Shown here piece by piece: positions 19,856 to 27,991 of a stretch of DNA of 64,000 bases. The notes beneath the pieces were generated by a model, which did no database searches, was not told the origin of the DNA, and saw only the letters and a list, made by a program, of their open reading frames with translations. The translations under genes were made by a program, and so were the position numbers. This DNA comes from Candidatus Omnitrophota bacterium. Lineage in GTDB: Bacteria; Omnitrophota; Omnitrophia; Omnitrophales; Aquincolibacteriaceae. The DNA is taken from positions 139 through 64,138 of the forward strand of contig DAOPYQ010000011.1 in NCBI GenBank assembly GCA_035352955.1. Direction: 5' to 3'. Position 1 is the stretch's first letter. Each line of letters opens with the position of its first letter.

Positions 19856-20488
19856 CTAAGCGTGTTTTACAAGAATAGATTCGACCATATGCACAACATC
19901 CTCACAAACATCCAGGACCGTTTCCGCATCCTGGTAGATCTCTTTCCATTTGATAACGGCGATCGGATCGTTGGCGTGTTTTTCAAAAAGTTCTCCGAGC
20001 ATGTCGTCACGCATCTTGTCGCCAAGGTTTTCCAGGCTATTCACTTCGATGCAAGCCTTGACAATGTCTTTCTGATTCTTCATGTTGCGGAGCCCTTTGA
20101 TGGCTGAAGCGACGCCGCGGACCGACATTTCGATCACTCGGGCGAATTCCGTGAGATTCCTGTCAACGCTCAGGATCTTGTAAACGCGGAGGCGCTTTGT
20201 GATGGTATAGAGCATATCGATAATGTCATCGAGCTCCTTGGCGAGAGAGTGGATATCCTCGCGATCAAACGGAGTGATAAAGGTCTTATTGAGCTGATCC
20301 ATGATCTGGTGCGTCATTTCATCGCCGCGATGTTCGATATCTTTCATCTTCTCGACTTCGCTGTTATCGACCTTAAGATCCGCCACCATTTTGACAAAAT
20401 GGGTCGCCGCTTCGATCGCGTTATCAGCCTGCTTGTCAAAAAGATCGAAAAAGTTGCACTCCTTGGGAAGCAGGAATTTGAACGCCAT
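19856..20488 (-). CDS. Pit-associated DUF47 / PhoU-like regulator
   Basis: Helical PhoU-like protein 7 nt upstream of pit. Start taken at MAFKFLL (20488), which has GAAGGAGG upstream. Confidence 0.8.
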   Translation of the reverse strand: MAFKFLLPKECNFFDLFDKQADNAIEAATHFVKMVADLKVDNSEVEKMKDIEHRGDEMTHQIMDQLNKTFITPFDREDIHSLAKELDDIIDMLYTITKRLRVYKILSVDRNLTEFARVIEMSVRGVASAIKGLRNMKNQKDIVKACIEVNSLENLGDKMRDDMLGELFEKHANDPIAVIKWKEIYQDAETVLDVCEDVVHMVESILVKHA

Positions 20489-20652
20489 GGCACACCCCTC
20501 CTTCAGTCTCAATAATTCGTTTGTCGATTCTTGGATGGTTGATAAATGCAAAATCTACTTCAGCCAGTGCGGCCGGAAACAGTCTAGCGGAAAGGGTCGT
20601 TTTGTCTATCGGAAAATAACGGCGGACGAGTGCCATATCGCCGTAAAAATTT

Positions 20653-20697
20653 AAAAAAAAGAGCGGGCTTCCCCATTCCGTATAGGGAAACCCGCTC
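20653..20697 (-). terminator. Rho-independent terminator downstream of etfA
   Basis: 13-bp stem GAGCGGGCTTCCCC / GGGAAACCCGCTC (20661-20697). On the minus strand it is followed by an 8-T run (plus-strand A-run 20653-20660). Confidence 0.7.
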
Positions 20698-20721
20698 GAG
20701 AATACCGGGTAAAACGAAGGA

Positions 20722-21756
20722 TCAGCCCTTCGCGAGAAGTTCGTTCACCTTGGCCGTGACGGCAAAAGCGTCCGCCACATAAAGCACGTCGGCTTTGCCC
20801 TGCGCCCAGCCACAGTTGGCATCGGTATTGACCGCGCGGCGCTCATTGATAAAACGCCAGCCGACCACATGCGGTTCTTCACCGTGGCAACACGTCGCGA
20901 GGCCCTTCGGATGCCGGGGCGTAGAACCGGTCTGCCCGACCTGATTCAGGTGACTGATAAAGGAAAGCACGGCTTCCCCTTCAGCGCCAAGGTCCACGAG
21001 GGACTTGCTGCTTCCGAGCGATGCCTTGCTGACTTTGAGGAAATCCAGAATGTGTTTTTCGGCATCCTTCGGATGCGTCTGGCCATCGGCCTGTTTCTTG
21101 GTCCATCCGGCCCCTGCCACAAAAAGAAGCTCGGCATCGGGACGGATCGTTTGGGCATCCGCGGAAGGAGCCTGAACCCCTGTCATCCGGGTGCGTTTGT
21201 CGCTGTCCGTCAGCGTCACCGGAACGGCTTCCACCTTCGCGGAACCTTTGGCACCGGCATACGCAGGACAGATCCCGGAATCCACGAGAAGGATCCACGG
21301 ACGCGCAACACGGGTCAACGTCGCAACCATCCGCTGACGATAATACCAGCGCTGAATGTCCAACTGGGCGCCGTTTAAAGCAATCCCGCTCACGTGCGTG
21401 TCGATCACGCCTTTCATCCGGAACGCGAGGCCCGGCAATGCACGGGCGAACCGGGAGGTGGCAGGTGCGATCACGATCGTTGCGCCAGCCGCTTTCGCAA
21501 TGGCTTCCGCCGCTTTAACGTCCGTCGCGTAGCGGGACTCATTGAAATCCGCTCCGCTTACGCCGAGAACCTTCGCAGCGCCGCAACCGGCGATCTGGTC
21601 CGCAGCGGCCTGAATGTTCCCCCCGACCAATCCCGCCACCAACGTGGAACCGGCGAGGTCCTTGGAAAGTTTCTGGGCCGCTGCCAAGACCTCAAGCGCG
21701 ATCCTCGGAAGACTTCCGTCCTGCTGGGTATGTGCTAAATAGAGTATCTTTTCCAT
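20722..21756 (-). CDS. etfA: Electron-transfer flavoprotein alpha subunit EtfA
   Basis: MEKILYLAHTQQDGSL start with GGGGGAG Shine-Dalgarno; C-terminal FAD-binding fold. Confidence 0.9.
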   Translation of the reverse strand: MEKILYLAHTQQDGSLPRIALEVLAAAQKLSKDLAGSTLVAGLVGGNIQAAADQIAGCGAAKVLGVSGADFNESRYATDVKAAEAIAKAAGATIVIAPATSRFARALPGLAFRMKGVIDTHVSGIALNGAQLDIQRWYYRQRMVATLTRVARPWILLVDSGICPAYAGAKGSAKVEAVPVTLTDSDKRTRMTGVQAPSADAQTIRPDAELLFVAGAGWTKKQADGQTHPKDAEKHILDFLKVSKASLGSSKSLVDLGAEGEAVLSFISHLNQVGQTGSTPRHPKGLATCCHGEEPHVVGWRFINERRAVNTDANCGWAQGKADVLYVADAFAVTAKVNELLAKG

Positions 21757-21767
21757 GGTCTCCCCCG

Positions 21768-22577
21768 TTAACCTTTGATCCATGCGACGATTTCTTTGGC
21801 GATCTCGTCGACGGGCGTGTCTTTGACGATGCGTGTCTGGCGCTGTTGCTTGGGAAGCTCGACCGAAGCGAACTTCATCTTGTCGGTCTTGAGCTGGGCC
21901 ACGGTCGCCTTTTGGAGCGCCGGCATGATCGCCCGCATATTGGCCATCCCGACCTGGGGATTATTCGGAGGCTCAGGAAGATTTCCGGTCGCCCAACCGA
22001 TCACGACGGGCGCGCCGGCACAAGTCGACACCTGATACTGCCCGCCTTCGATACGCTCGAGGAGGCGGAAAGAACCGTCCGGCTGGACCTTAAGCTCGTC
22101 CACACTAAGGAAGACATCCGAAATGCCGAGCTGCTCGGCGATCATCTGCATCGTGGTCCCGGCATCACGGGAAGCAGACGCGCAACCGCCGAACACGAGG
22201 AGCTTGGTCTTATCAAGACCCGGAAGCTTTTCAATGGCTGCCGCAAGCGCCGCCGCCACTTCGCCTGAATCGACGAACCCGCTCGCGGGCCCGTCCACCA
22301 CCACGAGCTCAAACGGAACTTTCTGGGCAATGATCATCATCAACTGCTGAAGCTTCGCTTTGGGCCCAAGGCTGATCAGCGTAACCTTGCTGCCGGGGTG
22401 CTGCTTGGCGAGGTTCGCCGCTTCAAAAAGCGAGTGCCCGGCCCACGGGTCGAGTACCGAAGGCAGCATCATTTCATTCTTTAAGGCAGGACCCGTCGGC
22501 CCCTGGACCGGCTCCAGCGTCTGGAGCGGGTCGGGCACAAGACTCCCGCATACCACGATATTAAAAACTGTCGTCAT
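21768..22577 (-). CDS. etfB: Electron-transfer flavoprotein beta subunit EtfB
   Basis: MTTVFNIVVCGSLVPDP... is a typical EtfB N-terminus; sits 11 nt upstream of etfA. Confidence 0.9.
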   Translation of the reverse strand: MTTVFNIVVCGSLVPDPLQTLEPVQGPTGPALKNEMMLPSVLDPWAGHSLFEAANLAKQHPGSKVTLISLGPKAKLQQLMMIIAQKVPFELVVVDGPASGFVDSGEVAAALAAAIEKLPGLDKTKLLVFGGCASASRDAGTTMQMIAEQLGISDVFLSVDELKVQPDGSFRLLERIEGGQYQVSTCAGAPVVIGWATGNLPEPPNNPQVGMANMRAIMPALQKATVAQLKTDKMKFASVELPKQQRQTRIVKDTPVDEIAKEIVAWIKG

Positions 22578-22843
22578 AATTCTCCTCCTTTAAAGATTAA
22601 TTGAAAATCATACCTGCCCAAACTTTTTATTTCTTTTCCAAAACGGTAGTTTGGACTGCCCCAATTTCAACTCTTCGAAATTGATAGGTGTTGGGGCTGC
22701 CCAGGTCGCCGTTCATTAAAAGAAAAAAAAGACCTGGGCGTCATACAACCTCCCCTATGGGGGAAAAAGTTCGTTCGAAGGCGGACATTATAGTGAGCGT
22801 CGCTGCTTTCGGCTAGTGCAAAAAAGGTGCCGGCCGGAAAAGT

Positions 22844-23611
22844 CTACTTTTCGACTTGGGCGATGGCTTTTTCGGGATCAGCGTCAAAACGGAATTTCAA
22901 AAACTCGGCGTTTGCCGGAAGCTCCATGGATAATTTCCGGCTCTCGTCTATTTGAACGCGGACCGTTACGATCCGGAAGTCGAGGACATGCCCGCCCGCG
23001 GTCCGGTCCTTGCTCAAAAAATGAAAATGATATCCCGGAACGTTGACGCCTTTCATGTAAGGCGGGACCCGAAAACCAACCAACGTTCCCTCCCGATCTT
23101 TTATTTCAAAAACCTTTTGCTCCTTGATCGCGTCGGTCAACACCGGAAAGGGCTTTTCCTGCCGGGTAGCGCTACGAACTTTGAGCATCTCAAATTTTCC
23201 TTCGATCTTGATCGCATAAAGCAAATTTTCCGAAGACAGCTTCTCATCGAGGAAGCGGATCAGCGACTCCCTGTCGACCTCCTGCGCAAGAGGAAACTCT
23301 CCGGTAGCTTTAAAAAAGATCAGTGTCGCAAAAGGACTCGAAGCGTCGTCCTTCAGGGGATACACTTTCCCGTCAGATTTGATCTGATAGAACGCATGAT
23401 CCAGAGCGATCATCTCGCCATCCAAGGCGTCAAGGGTGCCAAGACCGAAATCACCGTGCTTCTTCAGCTCCCCCACCGTCGTCGTTCCGGTATAACAACC
23501 CGCCATCAACGCGTTGATGGGGGCATTTTGAAAAACGGTATCTTGTCTGCACGGCCCATGCGCGCAACCAAGAAGAAACAGAACGATGAAGAGAGAGTAT
23601 TTTCTTTTCAT
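22844..23611 (-). CDS. Acetolactate-decarboxylase-family protein with a lipoprotein signal
   Basis: ALDC hallmark GDFGLGTLDALDGEMIALD. The N-terminus MKRKYSLFIVLFLLGC has a lipobox Cys, so it is predicted to be exported. Confidence 0.7.
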   Translation of the reverse strand: MKRKYSLFIVLFLLGCAHGPCRQDTVFQNAPINALMAGCYTGTTTVGELKKHGDFGLGTLDALDGEMIALDHAFYQIKSDGKVYPLKDDASSPFATLIFFKATGEFPLAQEVDRESLIRFLDEKLSSENLLYAIKIEGKFEMLKVRSATRQEKPFPVLTDAIKEQKVFEIKDREGTLVGFRVPPYMKGVNVPGYHFHFLSKDRTAGGHVLDFRIVTVRVQIDESRKLSMELPANAEFLKFRFDADPEKAIAQVEK

Positions 23612-23777
23612 GGAAGGTGAATGGGAACAGACCCCATTAAGGGAGAAGGATGCCTGTCCCGTTTGTTAGTTGATATTCGAGTGAAGACCGCCAGAACCGG
23701 CGCGAAAATTAAATGAGCGCACAAGTTGCGATCCGTAACTTGTATGCGCGAATTTATCCCGAGCACAGTCGAGGGAC

Positions 23778-25631
23778 CTAATTAATGTTAGAATGTAGCC
23801 CACCTGAACCCGCCCTAAAATCCACATTCGTGAGGTCGCTTCCCTGCTCACGGGCATACGCGCAGTTCCACAAACAAGCCGCACAATGAATGCATTTTTC
23901 GCGGTCAAAAAGAGGAACCCCGCCGTCGGAGTTGGCCGTGATCGCCTGGCCCGAACACATCTCAATACAAATCTTGGTGCGGCATTTCTGGCATTTCCCG
24001 GCATCAAGAAAAACCACGTGGTCCGCGTACCCTTCCGCAGCCTGGACCTTCCCGCCCAAAAGAAGCGCGTCCTGGTGAGAAATAAGAAGCTTGCCGTCAT
24101 ACGGGATCTTCGGCCAGCCCGCGGCATCCATCAACGCATCGTGCATCGAGGTGTTCGTTTCATTCGCCTCCTTGCGCGCCTTCTCGATCGTTTCCGGCGA
24201 GATCTTTCCCTTATAATAAGTCTCAAGAGAAGGAATGCGTTCGTAAACCGGCTTCAGTTTCGCGGGGATATTCAAAAGTCCGTTCGTGAAACCCGCCATC
24301 CCCATACCCATCATACCGAGCACAAAATTGTGGCTGAACCCATCGCGGGCTTTCTTGGCGATCCGGTTATCTTTTTCAACCCAGCTTGAACGCCGGATCT
24401 TCAGATACGTCGCTTCGAGATTTTCCTTCGTAAAACCTTTCTTTTCTTTCAGAAGCTGGATCATCCCTTCGGCGAGCTGAACGCCCGTCGTCCAAGCTTC
24501 ATCCACGCCTGAACCCTTGAGCATGTTCGTACTGCCGGAGCCTTCGCCGATACGGGCAAAACCGTCGCCAACAATGAACGGCTCGCCGCGCATCCCGGCC
24601 TCCTGAAGGCTTTTTCCGCCCCAAGACTTCAGCGTCGCGCCCTGCAAATGTTTCCAAAGTTTCGGATGCTGCATCCAGTGCTGAAAATAGCGATACGCGG
24701 TTCGCATCGGATTGTCCAACCAGGACGGGATAAAAATGCCGAGGGAAGCGATCCGATTGGGATAAACGTAAAGAAAACCGAAGATCTCCGGTTCGGGATA
24801 ACCGAACGTATGGAGGACCGTTCCCGGCTGAAGCGTCGTATTCTCGGGAAGCTCGACCACCGCCTTCATGCCGAGCGCCCACTCCCGCTGATGATTCCCT
24901 TCCGGAAGCCCGAGCTTCCTATCCAGATTCTGCCCGACCGGTCCGTAAGGTCCGTCACCTATCACGGTAAATTCCGCGTGGATATCCATGCCGGGCATAT
25001 AAGCGCCCGTGGGTTTTCCGGACTTCTCGACGCCCTGGTCCGCAAGCCTGACACCCGCGACACGGTTTGAATCGAACAAAGGTTCTTTCACGGGCATGCC
25101 GGGCCAGATCTGCGCAAGACCGGAACCCATCAGATTGGATCCGAGCCACTGGGTGAATTGTCCCATCGACAACACCCAACCCCCGTGTTTGGCCATAAAA
25201 GGCGGAATAAAAGGAAGCTGGAAGGCCTGATCTTTATACCAGGGAAGGATAAAACCGAACGTGCGGAACAACCCGTCGACGATCTTGAGAATCAGACCCC
25301 GGCGGCTTGCGCCCACCGGATCGAGAAGGTAATAAGCCTCCTCGTGCTTCACCGGATGCGCCATCGGAACCTGGGAAAGTTCTTCGGCCGTAAACGCCTG
25401 CTTGATGCCTTTCGCTTCCGTCACGATCCCCGAAACACCGAAACCGATATCATCCGCGCGCTCATAGCAAATCACCTGCAGCGGCATCCCCGGCATGACC
25501 TTGCTCTGGAAATGCTCGGCGGCAGGGTCTTTCTGCATCTCGCGGGTAAGCGTGGTCAGAAATCCTGCGGTCGCAGGCCCGAACCCCACACAAACGACAT
25601 CGACATCCATCTTCTGACGGTCCGTTGTCAT
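23778..25631 (-). CDS. ETF:quinone oxidoreductase / FixC-FixX-like flavoprotein-ferredoxin, copy 2
   Basis: True start is the internal MTTDRQKMDVDVVCVGFGPATAGF (FAD motif). The C-terminus has two CxxCxxC ferredoxin motifs. The ORF-track N-terminal extension overlaps an intergenic repeat. Confidence 0.85.
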   Translation of the reverse strand: MTTDRQKMDVDVVCVGFGPATAGFLTTLTREMQKDPAAEHFQSKVMPGMPLQVICYERADDIGFGVSGIVTEAKGIKQAFTAEELSQVPMAHPVKHEEAYYLLDPVGASRRGLILKIVDGLFRTFGFILPWYKDQAFQLPFIPPFMAKHGGWVLSMGQFTQWLGSNLMGSGLAQIWPGMPVKEPLFDSNRVAGVRLADQGVEKSGKPTGAYMPGMDIHAEFTVIGDGPYGPVGQNLDRKLGLPEGNHQREWALGMKAVVELPENTTLQPGTVLHTFGYPEPEIFGFLYVYPNRIASLGIFIPSWLDNPMRTAYRYFQHWMQHPKLWKHLQGATLKSWGGKSLQEAGMRGEPFIVGDGFARIGEGSGSTNMLKGSGVDEAWTTGVQLAEGMIQLLKEKKGFTKENLEATYLKIRRSSWVEKDNRIAKKARDGFSHNFVLGMMGMGMAGFTNGLLNIPAKLKPVYERIPSLETYYKGKISPETIEKARKEANETNTSMHDALMDAAGWPKIPYDGKLLISHQDALLLGGKVQAAEGYADHVVFLDAGKCQKCRTKICIEMCSGQAITANSDGGVPLFDREKCIHCAACLWNCAYAREQGSDLTNVDFRAGSGGLHSNIN

Positions 25632-25647
25632 CTTATCACCCAATGAT

Positions 25648-25716
25648 GAGGGCCACGGGACACGGGCCACGGGCCACGGAATTCGTGGTGCGTGGTACGT
25701 GGTACGTGGACCGGTT
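25648..25716 (-). repeat. Heptad-periodic imperfect inverted repeat in the ACAD / ETF-QO2 intergenic space
   Basis: CCACGGG-like units x4, then GAATTC, then GTGGTAC-like units x3-4. The arms are partly complementary (CCACG/CGTGG). Confidence 0.5.
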
Positions 25717-25717
25717 T

Positions 25718-27817
25718 TTAAAGAGGATAGTCCAACGCTTCCGGGATCATCAACTGCGCCACGGCTTCCGCGGCACGATCTTTGGAAAAACGCAGACCCG
25801 CAAAGCACGCCTCGGTCTTCGCGCGAAGTTCCGCGAACGCCTTAAGTTCCGGATTCGCCGTCGGGCAGCAACCCGGGGCCTGATACCCGTAAACCAGATC
25901 GGTGCAGATCTTCCCGACCTCGCCGGCCGTCCGCGCGGACTGAACACCGCTCAGGTCGGAATAGAAATTGACCACCCCGGGCAGCCCTTCGGCCAACGTC
26001 GGATTTTCGGGACCTTTCTTTTCGAGTTCCAACGTATCAAGGATCAGTTGGCGCGCGCCGAGGATCCACGCGAGCGCGTCCGCCATCGGGAACATCACGC
26101 CCTGGCGCTGACCGCCATAAAGCGTCTTACCGTTGGCATCCTTGTGGTTCTGCAAATATTCGAGCGACCAAAGCCAGGTCTCCATCGCTCCCGCAAGCGC
26201 GCAAGCGCCCATTTCCGGTTTACGCTTCGCGATCTCGCGGAGGTCCTTGATCCAGTTCTTGAACTGCGCGAGAAAAATATCATTTTCCATCGTGCGGCTC
26301 ATCTGGAGACGCTGGACGCATTCCGGTCCTTCATACGTCGCCTCAAGCTGGGCATCCGACCATTTCTGCGTAAGAAACCCCGGGCAATCCTCCGTAATCC
26401 CGTAACCGCCCATCAAGCTCACGGCTTCGCGCATCATGGTCGCGCCGTAGCCGGTGTTCCAGAGCTTCCCGGCCGGACAATACACATCCGCCAGAGACTC
26501 CTTGACGAGATACTGGACGAGAAGATCGGCCTCAAGTTCCGACACGCGCTTCGCGTCACGCTGAGCCTCCGGTTTTCTCATCAGCTCGACATATTCGAGC
26601 GCTTTCTTGCGTGGTTCCGCGAAAGCCTTCATCTGCGCACGGGGCCCTTTGATGCCCTGGGCAGTAAAAAGCTTGTCTTTCTCGTGTTCGAGAACGTCAA
26701 AGGCATCGAACAACCGCGCGCCTTCGAACCCGAGCGCGGCGCCCGCTTCACCGGTCGCCCACACATCGACGAGACGATGGCACGGATCCTCTTTCTGCTG
26801 GATGCCGCGGTCATAACGGGGCGTCCCCTGCGTAGCCGATTCGCCGCCGCGGAAACGCGTGCGCTGATAACGGATCACCGGCTCGATCGCGGAAAGAAGC
26901 TTCGCGGTCGTCATGATGCCGACGGTGACGCGCGTGCGGCGGAACACGGCCTCGATAACTTCGCTGTTGTTGAAATTCGGAACAATGACGCCGTCTTTCA
27001 CCGTGTACCCGCCGATGATGCGGCTCGCCGGGACCTTGAGGCTGAAGATCGGGTCATGCGTGCTGGAAAGCTGATGCACGAGTTTGAGGGTCGGAGCACC
27101 GCGATCATAAAGGCCCTGGTCCCCTTCTTCGAGAATGATCATACAGCTGGATTTGATGCGCGGGTCATCGGTATCCACCGATGCCGTCACAAAATTCGCG
27201 TAGCCCATGTTGGTGATGAAACGGCCGCGCTTTTCGACCTGGAGAACCGGCTCTTTGCCTTCTTTCCATTCCGCGATACGGATCTTCCCCGAAAGCATCC
27301 CGGCATCGACGCCGACATAGGGAAGCGGTTCCGTGAGCGCGAACGAACCGCGGAGCATTTTCCGGTTCTCACCCGGCTTCGGAGGCACGCAACCGCTCAT
27401 ATATCTCATTTTCTGTTCAGGGGTGCCTTTTTCGTGGATCGGTTCGAGCGCAAGGTTGTTGGCAAGGCTCGCGGTCGCAGCGCCGGCATCGACCCAGCAC
27501 AGTTCGAACGCGATCATCGCGAGCACGAGATTCTTCGGCCCGACGATGTAGCCGCCATGCTCGGGCTCCATGAACGCCGCCGTAATCCCGGCCGCATCAA
27601 AGGACTCCAGCATGGCCTGCTTTTCCTTGGTCCATTCGTGGGTATGGCGCTGTTTATCCGCCACCATACGGGCCACAACGCTCCGCGCCACCGCACGGGT
27701 CGACTGGATCACCATCTGAAGATCGTACCGGTCGGAGAAACGCCACATGATCTGGCGAACGTCATCCCCGGGAAGCGTGCTCATCAAGGCTCTTTTTTCG
27801 GCATTGGCGGTGCTCAT
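25718..27817 (-). CDS. Large acyl-CoA dehydrogenase (about 700 aa, FadE/AidB-like)
   Basis: ACAD middle and C-terminal domains (TMMREAVSLMGGYGITEDCP...) plus an extra C-terminal helical domain. Confidence 0.9.
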   Translation of the reverse strand: MSTANAEKRALMSTLPGDDVRQIMWRFSDRYDLQMVIQSTRAVARSVVARMVADKQRHTHEWTKEKQAMLESFDAAGITAAFMEPEHGGYIVGPKNLVLAMIAFELCWVDAGAATASLANNLALEPIHEKGTPEQKMRYMSGCVPPKPGENRKMLRGSFALTEPLPYVGVDAGMLSGKIRIAEWKEGKEPVLQVEKRGRFITNMGYANFVTASVDTDDPRIKSSCMIILEEGDQGLYDRGAPTLKLVHQLSSTHDPIFSLKVPASRIIGGYTVKDGVIVPNFNNSEVIEAVFRRTRVTVGIMTTAKLLSAIEPVIRYQRTRFRGGESATQGTPRYDRGIQQKEDPCHRLVDVWATGEAGAALGFEGARLFDAFDVLEHEKDKLFTAQGIKGPRAQMKAFAEPRKKALEYVELMRKPEAQRDAKRVSELEADLLVQYLVKESLADVYCPAGKLWNTGYGATMMREAVSLMGGYGITEDCPGFLTQKWSDAQLEATYEGPECVQRLQMSRTMENDIFLAQFKNWIKDLREIAKRKPEMGACALAGAMETWLWSLEYLQNHKDANGKTLYGGQRQGVMFPMADALAWILGARQLILDTLELEKKGPENPTLAEGLPGVVNFYSDLSGVQSARTAGEVGKICTDLVYGYQAPGCCPTANPELKAFAELRAKTEACFAGLRFSKDRAAEAVAQLMIPEALDYPL

Positions 27818-27991
27818 GACATTGATTCCTTTCGATTGATGTTTACTATGAGATCAAACCCGACTGGGGGGCTATAGAACTCCTGCCCATAGGAAATGCG
27901 AGCGCGTTATCTTATTCACAGAAAGCATACGAGGCAAGGAAAAATTACCTGCCTAGCCTGTTTCAGGACCGAAAACCCCGGCTGCACAGGA

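Noticed and set aside
22699-22739. 9-bp inverted repeat GCCCAGGTC / GACCTGGGC with an A-rich 23-nt loop between the ALDC-family and etfB genes
   Set aside because: No U-tract follows the stem on either strand, so it is not a convincing intrinsic terminator. Nearby imperfect direct repeats TTGGACTGCCCCA / TTGGGGCTGCCCA may be a regulator site, but evidence is thin.
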